Of a stretch of DNA of 64,000 bases, positions 46,656 to 56,190 are shown in pieces. How positions within the stretch are numbered: the stretch's first letter is position 1; each line of letters begins with the position of its first letter. Below the pieces are notes generated by a model. The model worked only from the letters and a program-made list of their open reading frames with translations. It made no database searches and was not told the DNA's origin. Both the position numbers and the translations under genes were made by a program. Source of the DNA: an uncultured Acidobacteriota bacterium (GTDB lineage Bacteria > Acidobacteriota > Blastocatellia > RBC074); assembly GCA_963796275.1 (NCBI GenBank), contig CAWCKY010000004.1:1216001-1280000 (forward strand), given 5' to 3'.

Positions 46656-46812
46656 CTATCAAAATTATTATATTGGATGATAAGCGTTTCGTTTCATAGC
46701 CCGCAAGGGATTCGGCTATCTCCAGCGAACGTGAATCTTAATCGCGCTCCCCGTTACATACAAGTAAACAAGTCTGAGAGAGATTCGCCATAAATTTTGT
46801 GGCGCATCCCAT

Positions 46813-46919
46813 CGTCCGTTTCCGGACAGACCGCTGTTCACACGCGCACAATCTCTTCATATTAATAATCCTAAAAAGTAGGTTTCACAGCCATTTTAGG
46901 CTATTGGCCCGCCATTTGC
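46813..46919 (+). promoter_or_regulatory. sigma54 promoter with upstream activator sites
   Basis: TTGGCCCGCCATTTGC (GG-N10-GC) at 46904-19. CGTCCGTTTCCGGACA and TGTTCACACGCGCACA (TGT-N10-ACA-like) lie upstream, and an NtrC-type activator is in the same operon. Confidence 0.75.
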
Positions 46920-46942
46920 CACTCAAACATGGGGGATTGAAG

Positions 46943-48190
46943 ATGGATCGCGAAATCGAAATTTCATTCCGAAGAAGACGGATGCTGCGGCGTATGGCTT
47001 CGGCCACAGGTCTCGCGGCCGCGGCCGCTGCCGCCTTTATCTGGGGGCCGCGTCTTATCGAGCCTTCAATCGCACGCGCCCGTATACGCACGGCCCGCGT
47101 CGATGCCGGCCGAATCGAGGCGACTATCACGGCATCTGGGATTGTGCTGCCCGAGTTCGAGCAGGTGATCTCTTCGCCGGTCAACGCGCGTGTGCTTAAG
47201 ATACGCGAACGCCCAGGCGCGATCCTCTCAAAAGGCGAAGCGATCATCCAACTCGATCTCAACGAATCGATTCTGGCCATTGAAAAACTGAATAAACAAG
47301 TAGAGCTCAAAGGAAACGAGCAGGCGCGGGAGAAGCTGGCTCTCGAAAATACGCTGATCGATCTGCAGGGCCGTTGGGACATCAAGAACCTCGAATATAG
47401 ATCTGCGAAAGCCTCCGCTTCGCGCAACCGCACGCTGTTCCGACAAGGATTGTTGTCGGAAGAGCGCCTGCGTGAGTTCGAATTGATTGAAGAGAAGGCC
47501 GCCTTCGAGCTCAAGCAACTCGAGGAAACGAAGCGCAACGCACAGCAGTCAACCAGGACGCAACTCGAGGGTTTAGCGCTCGAAATGAAGACTCTGGAAG
47601 GAGAGCGTAATGAAGCGCGGCGGCAGTTGGAACTTGCCACGACCAAATCGGACCGCGATGGCGTCCTGACGTGGGTCATCAGCGAAGAGGGCTCGACGGT
47701 GCAAAAGGGCGCGTTGCTCGCACGCATCGCGGACCTCGGCTCATTTCGGGTCGAAGCCACAGTCTCGGATGTCCATGCGAGCCGTCTGTCCGCCGGCCTT
47801 CCGGTGAAAGTGAAGCTCAATGATGCGATATCGCTCGCCGGCTCGGTCGCGCGCGTCAACCCGACCGTGACCAACGGGGTGATGACACTGGTCGTCAATC
47901 TAGATGACAAATCGAACCCGCAATTGCGTGCGAACCTGCGCGTCGACGTCTTGATCGAGACTGACCGCAAAGAGAGAGCCCTGCGCATAAAGAGAGGGCC
48001 GTTCGCTAACGGCGAAGGGTCGACCGATGTCTTTGTGATTCGCGGCGATGCAGCGATCAGGACACAAGCGCGCTTCGGCATCTCAAGCGCCGATCACTTC
48101 GAGGTTATTCAGGGATTGCTGGAAGGCGATGAAGTAGTCATCTCCGATATGACCGACTTCATGCACGTCAAGGAAGTGAGGTTGAGATGA
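46943..48190 (+). CDS. Efflux membrane-fusion (MacA-like) protein
   Basis: N-terminal TM, lipoyl halves flanking a coiled coil, GLLEGDEVVIS. Confidence 0.88.
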   Translation: MDREIEISFRRRRMLRRMASATGLAAAAAAAFIWGPRLIEPSIARARIRTARVDAGRIEATITASGIVLPEFEQVISSPVNARVLKIRERPGAILSKGEAIIQLDLNESILAIEKLNKQVELKGNEQAREKLALENTLIDLQGRWDIKNLEYRSAKASASRNRTLFRQGLLSEERLREFELIEEKAAFELKQLEETKRNAQQSTRTQLEGLALEMKTLEGERNEARRQLELATTKSDRDGVLTWVISEEGSTVQKGALLARIADLGSFRVEATVSDVHASRLSAGLPVKVKLNDAISLAGSVARVNPTVTNGVMTLVVNLDDKSNPQLRANLRVDVLIETDRKERALRIKRGPFANGEGSTDVFVIRGDAAIRTQARFGISSADHFEVIQGLLEGDEVVISDMTDFMHVKEVRLR

Positions 48191-48302
48191 CCGGGGAATC
48201 AGTGCCGCGTGCATAAATTCAACATACAAGCGAGCGAGGCTTCATCAACGGCCGATCGATAACTACTCGCTCGCTTGCGGTACTGATTCCCCGGTCATCT
48301 CA
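48183..48302. repeat. Nested inverted-repeat (REP/MITE-like) element
   Basis: 26-bp outer arms TGAGATGACCGGGGAATCAGT(G/A)CCGC and 12-bp inner arms CAAGCGAGCGAG. Confidence 0.85.
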
Positions 48303-48323
48303 GCTCTCAAAGAAGGACCAATT

Positions 48324-49058
48324 ATGATCCACCACACAAGAACACAAACTGCAATTCAACCGACAGACGTGCAACAGGGGATAACAAACATGATCCACCT
48401 AGAAGGAGTCGAAAAAGTCTACCGCACGGACAAGATCGAGACCGTAGCTCTTACCAACCTCAATCTATCGGTTCGGGCGGGCGAGTTCATCTCGATCATG
48501 GGGCCGTCAGGATCGGGGAAAAGTACACTGCTAAATGTCATCGGCCTGCTCGATGTGCCTACGGGCGGTAAAGTACGCATCAACGACCAGCCGGTAACTT
48601 CGTATAGCGACCGGCATCTATCACATATCCGTAACGAAAGCATAGGGTTCATCTTTCAAACTTTCCACCTGATCAATGATCTGAGCGTCGTCGACAATGT
48701 AGATATCCCGCTCCTCTACCGCCGCGGGCTGTCGGGATCGGAACGCCGCAAGCTCGCGCTGCGCGCGCTCGACCGGGTGGGACTGCATGCGCGCGTGCAT
48801 CACTATCCATCCCAACTCTCCGGAGGGCAGCAACAGCGCGTCGCCATTGCCCGCGCCATCGCCGGCAATCCGCGCATCCTGCTCGCCGATGAGCCGACCG
48901 GCAACCTCGACAGCCAGATGGGTGATGAAATCATGGAAGTGCTGAAAGGTCTCAACAGAGACGAAGGGACGACCATCGTGATGGTGACTCACGATCCGCG
49001 CCTGTCGCAGCAGACCGAACGGATCGTGCGGTTGTTCGACGGCCGGCAGGTCAATTGA
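48324..49058 (+). CDS. ABC transporter ATP-binding protein (MacB/LolD-like)
   Basis: [33 protein letters not shown]. Confidence 0.95.
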   Translation: MIHHTRTQTAIQPTDVQQGITNMIHLEGVEKVYRTDKIETVALTNLNLSVRAGEFISIMGPSGSGKSTLLNVIGLLDVPTGGKVRINDQPVTSYSDRHLSHIRNESIGFIFQTFHLINDLSVVDNVDIPLLYRRGLSGSERRKLALRALDRVGLHARVHHYPSQLSGGQQQRVAIARAIAGNPRILLADEPTGNLDSQMGDEIMEVLKGLNRDEGTTIVMVTHDPRLSQQTERIVRLFDGRQVN

Positions 49059-49081
49059 TTATCGGTTATCGGTCTACGGCT

Positions 49082-50341
49082 ATGCTCAAAAACTATCTCA
49101 AAATCGCCTTCAAAGTTTTTTTGCGCAGAAAATTCTTCACTTTCGTCAGCCTGTTCGGCATCAGTTTCACGCTGATGGTGCTGATGGTTGCGGCAGCATT
49201 CTTCGACCATATCTTTGGAGAGCACCCACCGGAGAGGAAACAGAGCCGCACAATCGGCGTTCTCCACATGCAGATGGAAGGTCCTGATGGCAGAACGACT
49301 GGCCAGCCTGGTTACGGATTCCTCGACCGCTACGTACGGACGCTACCGAACGTTGAAAAGGTATCCTTGTCTACCGAGCCAGAAATGGTCCATTCATACA
49401 AGACCGGCGAGAAGATCCCTTTGTACATCAAACGCACAGATGGCGAGTTCTGGCAGATTATGGAATTCAGTTTCCTCGAAGGCGGCCCCTTCACCGCGGA
49501 TGACGACAGGAATGCGAACTTCGTCGCCGTGATCAACGACGCGACACGGAAGAAGTTCTTCGGCGACGAATCGGCAATCGGCAAAACCATCGAAGCCGAC
49601 GGTCAAAACTTCCGCGTCACCGGTGTGGTACCCAATGTGCCATTTTTGCGTCATGTTCCTTTCGCTGACATCTGGGTTCCGATCAACACGATCAAGAACG
49701 ATAACTACAAGAAGTACCTGATGGGCAACTTTATTGGCTTGATCCTGGCCCGATCGGCCGCCGACTTTCCGGCAATCAGGGAGGAGTTCCAGGCGAGACT
49801 GCAGCAGATCGAATTTCCCGATCCCAGGGAGTATAACCGCATGCGCGGCACGCCCGAGACCTTCTTTGATTCAGTGGCGCGCGAAATGTTCCGCGGGTAT
49901 CGAGATCCTTCAAAGATATATTCCGGAAGACTGTGGGCAGCGATCGCCATAGCGACGCTGCTGTTTATGCTGCTGCCGACGGTGAACCTGATCAACATCA
50001 ACGTCAGCCGCATTATGGAGCGGGCGAGCGAAATCGGCGTTCGCAAAGCTTTCGGCGCCTCTTCCTGGACACTGGTCGGACAATTCGTCATTGAAAACGT
50101 ACTGCTGACGCTGGCCGGTGGAGTCCTCGGGTTTATCCTCTCGCTTTTCGTGTTGCACGCGATCTCGTTCAGTGACTGGATTCCACACGCAGAATTTCGC
50201 GTGAACTACCGCATATTTCTCTATGGGTTGGGACTGGCAATTTTCTTTGGATTATTTTCGGGCGTCTATCCGGCCTGGAAGATGTCGCGGTTGCATCCGG
50301 TACAGGCATTGAAGGGCGCGATGTCAGGAGGTATGCGATGA
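49082..50341 (+). CDS. ABC permease (MacB/FtsX family)
   Basis: ERASEIGVRKAFGA, YPAWKMSRLHPVQAL. Confidence 0.92.
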   Translation: MLKNYLKIAFKVFLRRKFFTFVSLFGISFTLMVLMVAAAFFDHIFGEHPPERKQSRTIGVLHMQMEGPDGRTTGQPGYGFLDRYVRTLPNVEKVSLSTEPEMVHSYKTGEKIPLYIKRTDGEFWQIMEFSFLEGGPFTADDDRNANFVAVINDATRKKFFGDESAIGKTIEADGQNFRVTGVVPNVPFLRHVPFADIWVPINTIKNDNYKKYLMGNFIGLILARSAADFPAIREEFQARLQQIEFPDPREYNRMRGTPETFFDSVAREMFRGYRDPSKIYSGRLWAAIAIATLLFMLLPTVNLININVSRIMERASEIGVRKAFGASSWTLVGQFVIENVLLTLAGGVLGFILSLFVLHAISFSDWIPHAEFRVNYRIFLYGLGLAIFFGLFSGVYPAWKMSRLHPVQALKGAMSGGMR

Positions 50342-51552
50342 TCATGCATCTCTGCAAATTGGTTTGGAATCGCCGGCGAATCAACATGCTCATAACGCTT
50401 GAAATATTTATCTCGTTTCTCGTGGTTTTTGCGGTCATCGTGATGACTGTCTATTACATGAACAATTACATACAGCCGCTGGGCTTCGATTATCAAAACG
50501 TCTGGACTGTTGGAATAGGTGTTATCGAACGCTCCGGCGGTGACCGAATGGAGGAACGGCGGCAGTTATTGGATGTTGCGCGCCGCGTACTGGCCGCGGT
50601 GCATGAATTCAGCGAAGTGGAATCGGTTGCGGGTGCGGCAGACACACCGTATGCGGGAGGCAGGTCGCAAGGCTGCACTGACAGAAAAGGGCGGGAGCTC
50701 TGCTATTACAGAAATAGGGTCACGGACGACTTCAGAGAGACGATGAAGATCAACGTGGTGCGCGGCAGGTGGTTTGGTAAAGAAGACGACGGGGCGAGCT
50801 ACCGACCGGTAGTCATCAACCGGAAAATGGCGCGTGACTTCTTCGGCGATGAAGATCCCATAGGTAAGAGACTCTTTGAGCCAGGGCCAAATGACAAAGA
50901 TTTTATCGAAGACCGCGTCGTAGGTATAATCGATGATTTCCGAAAGGAAGGCGAGTTCGACGCATTATGGGGCTATCTCTTCACCCGCAATCCATTGGCG
51001 ATGCCGCACGGAGGCCGGTTCGATAAACTGGTAATTCGCGTGCGCCCAGGCGTTGCCGCTGCGTTTGAAGAAAAGCTCCTGAGCCGTCTGCAGTCTGAAG
51101 CCAGAGACTGGTCTTTCAAGATCAAGCCCATCGCACAAATGCGTGAAGAGAATTTGCAGGAGACCATCGTGCCGATGGTAGCCTTTGCTATCGTCGCTTT
51201 ATTTCTGATGATTATGGTCGGCCTCGGTTTGACCGGCGTGCTGTGGCAGAGCGTCACACAGAGAACGAAAGAGATCGGGCTGCGCAGAGCGAAGGGGGCA
51301 ACAAAGCGCAGAATCTACCACCAGATTCTCGGTGAGCTGTTCATCATCACAACCTTCGGATCACTCGCCGGGGTATTGGTCGTCGTGCAGTTTCCATTGC
51401 TCAATTTTCTGGGCTTTGCGGATTCGAAGGTTTATGCTGTAAGTGTCATTATCTCTCTGGCATTTGTCTATCTCCTCACCGCCCTCTGCGGTTTGTATCC
51501 GAGCCGGTTAGCAACTAAAGTTCAGCCGGCGGAAGCGTTGCACTATGAATGA
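50338..51552 (+). CDS. ABC permease (MacB/FtsX family)
   Basis: QRTKEIGLRRAKGA, YPSRLATKVQPAEALHYE. Confidence 0.92.
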   Translation: MIMHLCKLVWNRRRINMLITLEIFISFLVVFAVIVMTVYYMNNYIQPLGFDYQNVWTVGIGVIERSGGDRMEERRQLLDVARRVLAAVHEFSEVESVAGAADTPYAGGRSQGCTDRKGRELCYYRNRVTDDFRETMKINVVRGRWFGKEDDGASYRPVVINRKMARDFFGDEDPIGKRLFEPGPNDKDFIEDRVVGIIDDFRKEGEFDALWGYLFTRNPLAMPHGGRFDKLVIRVRPGVAAAFEEKLLSRLQSEARDWSFKIKPIAQMREENLQETIVPMVAFAIVALFLMIMVGLGLTGVLWQSVTQRTKEIGLRRAKGATKRRIYHQILGELFIITTFGSLAGVLVVVQFPLLNFLGFADSKVYAVSVIISLAFVYLLTALCGLYPSRLATKVQPAEALHYE

Positions 51553-51585
51553 GCGAAGTAAGATTCACCACAAAAAAACCTTTCC

Positions 51586-52980
51586 ATGCGGAATCATCGC
51601 AATGAAATGATATTGATCGTCGATGACGATCCATCCGTCACGACCTCGCTCGCACTGCTCCTCAAACAAGCGGGCTATCGCTCGCAGTCCGTCTCATCAC
51701 CAGAAGAAGCCCTTGCGCAAATCAAGAACGGAAATATCGATCTCGTGCTGCAGGATATGAACTTCTCGCGCCAGACGAGCGGCGAAGAGGGCATCCAACT
51801 GCTGAATCAAATCAAGTCATCTAGACCCGATCTTCCGGTCATTCTCATCACGGCATGGGGTTCGATCAGTCTCGCCGTCCAGGGGATTCGCGCGGGCGCC
51901 TCGGACTTCATCACCAAACCGTGGACTCACCAGCAGATCATCCAGGCCGTCGACACAGCGCTTGGTTTGGCGGCGGCCACTTCGTCACAAAGCGGCGGTC
52001 ACCCGCCGACGCGCGCTCAACTCGATGCGCGCTACGTTTTCAAAGGGATCATAGGGCAGGAACCGAGATTCCTTCGAATGCTCGAACTTATCTCGCGCGT
52101 CGCGGCCACAGATGCCTCTGTCTTAATCACCGGCGAGAGCGGCACGGGTAAAGAGCTCATCGCCGATGCCATCCATCGCAACAGCAATCGCAGAGATGCG
52201 CCTTTTGTTAAAGTGAACCTCGGAGGCATTCCGACTTCGCTGTTCGAAAGCGAGATGTTCGGCCACGTCAAAGGGGCATTCACCGATGCTCGCTCGGACC
52301 GCAAAGGCCGCTTTGAAATGGCTGACGGCGGGACGATCTTTCTCGATGAGATCGGCGACCTGGACGCGAGCTCACAGGTCAAACTGCTGCGCGTGCTGCA
52401 AGACCGGACTTACGAAGCGCTGGGATCGAGCACGACGCGGACAGTCGATGTGCGCGTCATCTCCGCGACCAATCGCAAGCTGACCGAGTTGGTCGCCTCC
52501 GGGCAATTCCGCGAAGACTTGCTCTACCGTCTGAACCTGATTGCGGTCCATCTGCCGCCGTTGCGTGAGAGAACCGAGGACATACGGCTAATCGCCGATG
52601 ACCTTCTCGAAAACCTGGCAAAGGTCTATCGCCGCGAGGGTCTGTCAATCGACGAGTCAGCCGTGCGCTGGCTGCAAAATCAGCGCTGGCCCGGAAATAT
52701 TCGCCAGCTCAGACATCTCATCGAGCGCGCGATGCTCGTCAGCGGCAAAGACATTCTTCAGGTGGAAGATTTCGAGCTGACAATGGAGATGGACGCAAGA
52801 GATGAAGGCCGGGACGCGCTGCCACAAGTCGGCAGCATGACGATCGATGATTTGGAGAAGGCCATGATCGTTAAGGCGATGAAGCATTACAGAGGAAATA
52901 TCAGTAAGGTTGCTGACGCATTGGGACTGAGCCGAGCGGCGCTCTATCGCAGGTTTGAGAAGTATGGGATCAAGACTTGA
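51586..52980 (+). CDS. sigma54-dependent response regulator (NtrC family)
   Basis: REC domain, GESGTGKE, GAFTDA, FLDEIGD, FREDLLYRL, WPGNIRQL, Fis HTH. Confidence 0.95.
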   Translation: MRNHRNEMILIVDDDPSVTTSLALLLKQAGYRSQSVSSPEEALAQIKNGNIDLVLQDMNFSRQTSGEEGIQLLNQIKSSRPDLPVILITAWGSISLAVQGIRAGASDFITKPWTHQQIIQAVDTALGLAAATSSQSGGHPPTRAQLDARYVFKGIIGQEPRFLRMLELISRVAATDASVLITGESGTGKELIADAIHRNSNRRDAPFVKVNLGGIPTSLFESEMFGHVKGAFTDARSDRKGRFEMADGGTIFLDEIGDLDASSQVKLLRVLQDRTYEALGSSTTRTVDVRVISATNRKLTELVASGQFREDLLYRLNLIAVHLPPLRERTEDIRLIADDLLENLAKVYRREGLSIDESAVRWLQNQRWPGNIRQLRHLIERAMLVSGKDILQVEDFELTMEMDARDEGRDALPQVGSMTIDDLEKAMIVKAMKHYRGNISKVADALGLSRAALYRRFEKYGIKT

Positions 52981-53016
52981 TTTACAGTGGTCTAACCAGT
53001 CTGCTGAGGTCTTCGC

Positions 53017-54345
53017 ATGAAACCGAATCTGCACATCAGCCTTCGCCTCAAATTCATCCTATACCTCATCTTCGTCCACCTCCTCTTCGCCGGAGTCGCG
53101 ATCTACCTTCTCGCAAAACACCGCATCTGGCTGCTCGCCGTAGAGGCCATCTTTATCGCCTCGATCGCCATCGGATTGAAACTGATTCGCGGCCTCTTCG
53201 GCACGATCGAGCTGATCAACACCGGCGCGCAGTTCATTCAGGACAGCGATTTCACTTCGCGTTTCCGCGAGATCGGGCAGCCCGAGATGGATCAGCTCGT
53301 GAGAGTCTATAATCGAATGGCCGATAACCTGCGGGAAGAACGCACGCGAATGCAAGAGCAGAATTACTTCCTCGACAAAATCCTCACCGCATCTCCGTCC
53401 GGCGTAGTAACGCTCGATTTCGATGGCCGCATCGCCATGGTCAATCCCACGGCTGAAAGAATGCTGCAGGCTTACAACAGCAGCTTGATCGGCAAAAAGT
53501 TCAATGAATTGGATTCGCCTTTTGCAGGCGCGCTGAACGATCTTAACCCCGGAGAAGCGCAGATCGTCCCTCTGCTCGGACGGCGGCGCGTCAAGTGCCT
53601 GCGCGCGCAGTTCATCGACCGCGGTTTCACGCGCGATTTCGTATTGATGGACGAATTGACCGAGGAATTACGGCAGATCGAGAAGACAGCGTATGAAAAG
53701 GTGATACGGATGATGTCGCACGAGGTGAACAACTCCATCGGCTCAGCCAATTCCCTGCTCCACTCCTGCCTGCATTACTCGGGCCAATTGCGGGACTTAG
53801 ATCGCGATGATTTTGAGAACGCGTTGTTGGTGATCATCAAACGCACCGACCAGCTCAATAATTTCATGCGCAATTTCGCCGATGTCTTCCGATTGCCGCC
53901 GCCGTCCCTGCAAGCGTTCGATCTCCGGAATCTGCTTGATGACATCGTACTGCTGTGGAAAACCGAATTCGCCCGGAGAAGTATCGAATTGAGATGGGAC
54001 CTGCAAATGAATCTCCGCCCGGCGCAGATCGACCGGAGCCAGATGGAACTGGTGCTCGTCAACATCCTGAAGAACGCCATCGAAGCGATCGGTGAAGATG
54101 GCGTGATCACAATTCGCATCGGCAGTCAGGCAGGCAAGAGCTTCGTGACAATTGAGGATACGGGATGCGGCATCTCATCCGCCGTGCGACCGCATCTCTT
54201 TACGCCTTTTTACAGTACAAAAGAGAATGGCCAGGGAATAGGATTGACCCTGGTTCAAGAGATCCTGGATGCGCACGGTTTCGAGTTTTCGCTCGAGAGC
54301 CGGCCCGGACAGGCGACACAGTTTACGATCTTTATTTCCCACTGA
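53017..54345 (+). CDS. PAS sensor histidine kinase
   Basis: 2 TM segments, MSHEVNN, NILKNAIEA, DTGCG, GQGIGL. Confidence 0.92.
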   Translation: MKPNLHISLRLKFILYLIFVHLLFAGVAIYLLAKHRIWLLAVEAIFIASIAIGLKLIRGLFGTIELINTGAQFIQDSDFTSRFREIGQPEMDQLVRVYNRMADNLREERTRMQEQNYFLDKILTASPSGVVTLDFDGRIAMVNPTAERMLQAYNSSLIGKKFNELDSPFAGALNDLNPGEAQIVPLLGRRRVKCLRAQFIDRGFTRDFVLMDELTEELRQIEKTAYEKVIRMMSHEVNNSIGSANSLLHSCLHYSGQLRDLDRDDFENALLVIIKRTDQLNNFMRNFADVFRLPPPSLQAFDLRNLLDDIVLLWKTEFARRSIELRWDLQMNLRPAQIDRSQMELVLVNILKNAIEAIGEDGVITIRIGSQAGKSFVTIEDTGCGISSAVRPHLFTPFYSTKENGQGIGLTLVQEILDAHGFEFSLESRPGQATQFTIFISH

Positions 54346-54371
54346 TGCCATCTTCGCCTACAATTAGGGCG

Positions 54372-55280
54372 ATGCGTTTTCAGAGTCATCGGAAATCGAT
54401 CTACTACTTCACCGCGCTCGGAGTCCTTCTGGTGGCGGTGGCGGTCGCGCTAAATATCGGATGGATAGTCCTCAACTGGCGGGAGGTCGCGCTGCTCGTT
54501 CTGGGTGTGATCTTTTTCGTCCTGCTCATCGCCGGCCTGGTGCTCAACACGATCTTCCTTATCCGCGAAATCCGCCGCAGCGAACAGCACGACAGCTTCA
54601 TCAACGCCGTCACGCACGAGCTCAAGACTCCCATTGCCTCGATCCGACTTTATCTAGAGACTCTGCAAACGCGCGAGGTGGACGAGACCCGCCGGAACGA
54701 ATTCTACCGAGTTATGCTCGAAGACAACGATCGATTGCTCTATACGGTCGAGCAGATACTGCGGGCGAGCCGGGCCGGACATCCCCATCGCCCTATTCAG
54801 AAATCGGTGATCGATCTCAGCGGTCTCGTGCACGAATGTCTGGACCTTGCGCGAAAACGTACTCATATGGATGAAACCTCGCTGCGGTATATCGATATGC
54901 TCGACGACGGCGAACGGGCGCTAGTATATGGAGATTCGGATGAGCTGCGGGCCGCCGTTTCAAACCTCATCGATAACGCAATCAAGTATTCGCACGAAGA
55001 GGTCAATATATCCGTCGAAGTCGCTGCGATCGATCAAAAACAGGTGGTCGTGCGCGTAACCGACCAGGGCATCGGAATCCCGCGCGGCGACCTGAAACAG
55101 ATATTTAAAAGATTTTATCGCGTGCCGCGGCGAGTCGCATTCAAAGTTAAAGGGACCGGTCTGGGACTTTTTATCGTCCGCTCGGTCGTGAGCAAACACG
55201 GCGGCAAGACTTTCGCCGACAGCCCGGGCGAAGGTTTTGGCAGCACCTTCACCATTCTCCTCCCCAGAGTCTTTGAATAA
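54372..55280 (+). CDS. Sensor histidine kinase
   Basis: 2 TM segments, THELKTP, NLIDNAIKYS, GTGLGL. Confidence 0.92.
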   Translation: MRFQSHRKSIYYFTALGVLLVAVAVALNIGWIVLNWREVALLVLGVIFFVLLIAGLVLNTIFLIREIRRSEQHDSFINAVTHELKTPIASIRLYLETLQTREVDETRRNEFYRVMLEDNDRLLYTVEQILRASRAGHPHRPIQKSVIDLSGLVHECLDLARKRTHMDETSLRYIDMLDDGERALVYGDSDELRAAVSNLIDNAIKYSHEEVNISVEVAAIDQKQVVVRVTDQGIGIPRGDLKQIFKRFYRVPRRVAFKVKGTGLGLFIVRSVVSKHGGKTFADSPGEGFGSTFTILLPRVFE

Positions 55281-55284
55281 ACCC

Positions 55285-56022
55285 ATGAGCGCTGTACTGA
55301 TCGTCGAAGACGAACAACATCTCGCCGATGGCTTGCGTTTTAACCTCGAAGCTGAAGGTTACGAGGTACAAATCGTCCCCAACGGTGAAACCGCGCTGAA
55401 ACTGCTGGAACAGTATCCTGAGCGATTCGACGCCGTCGTACTAGACGTTATGCTGCCCGGCATAGATGGATTCGAGGTGGTATCGCAACTGCGAGCCTCG
55501 GGGCAATTCGTTCCTACACTAATGCTCACCGCGCGCAGCAGGCCTGAAGACGTCTTGCTGGGCTTTGAAGCCGGCGCGGACGATTACTTGCCAAAACCGT
55601 TCGAACTATCTATCCTGATCGCCCGTTTGAGAGGGTTATTGAGAAGGCGCGAGTGGTTTCACCGTTCCCAGAGTGCAAATGAACATTATCTACAGGAACA
55701 GGATAGGTCGTTCACTTTTTCTGGTAAAACTCTCGATTTCGACTCGCTCGAATTGCGTGCGGGAGGGAAAAAAGTTAGGCTGACGCTGATGGAAGCCGAA
55801 CTTCTGCGTTACCTGGTCAAGCATGAAGGCGAAGCGGTTTCGCGGCGCAACGTTCTGGAAAACGTCTGGGGCTTACGTGAAGATACGGACACGCGAGCAA
55901 TCGATAATTTCATCGTTCGATTGCGAAAATATATCGAAGACGATCCGACTAAACCACGCCATCTTTTGACTGTGCGAGGCGTGGGCTATCGGTTCGTTGC
56001 AGAGCCGGAATCCAGGCAGTAG
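55285..56022 (+). CDS. OmpR-family response regulator
   Basis: LDVMLP, GADDYLPKPF, TVRGVGYRF. Confidence 0.94.
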   Translation: MSAVLIVEDEQHLADGLRFNLEAEGYEVQIVPNGETALKLLEQYPERFDAVVLDVMLPGIDGFEVVSQLRASGQFVPTLMLTARSRPEDVLLGFEAGADDYLPKPFELSILIARLRGLLRRREWFHRSQSANEHYLQEQDRSFTFSGKTLDFDSLELRAGGKKVRLTLMEAELLRYLVKHEGEAVSRRNVLENVWGLREDTDTRAIDNFIVRLRKYIEDDPTKPRHLLTVRGVGYRFVAEPESRQ

Positions 56023-56190
56023 CCCCTATCTCAAAGTTTCGAAAAATCGAAAATTTGAGAATCTGTCCCACTGTCGGCTACTGCCTGGCCGACGTAACAA
56101 ACAGAACGCCTTGAGTTTGTTACGTCATATTAACCCGTCAACTATAGATTTTCTCTGCTATAGTTTTATTCACTATAGCCTATCTATAGG

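Noticed and set aside
46885-48081. Long antisense ORFs (for example 46885-48081, 21627-22796, 27259-28113, 45694-46323)
   Set aside because: They are shadows of well-supported genes on the opposite strand, caused by codon bias or repeats.
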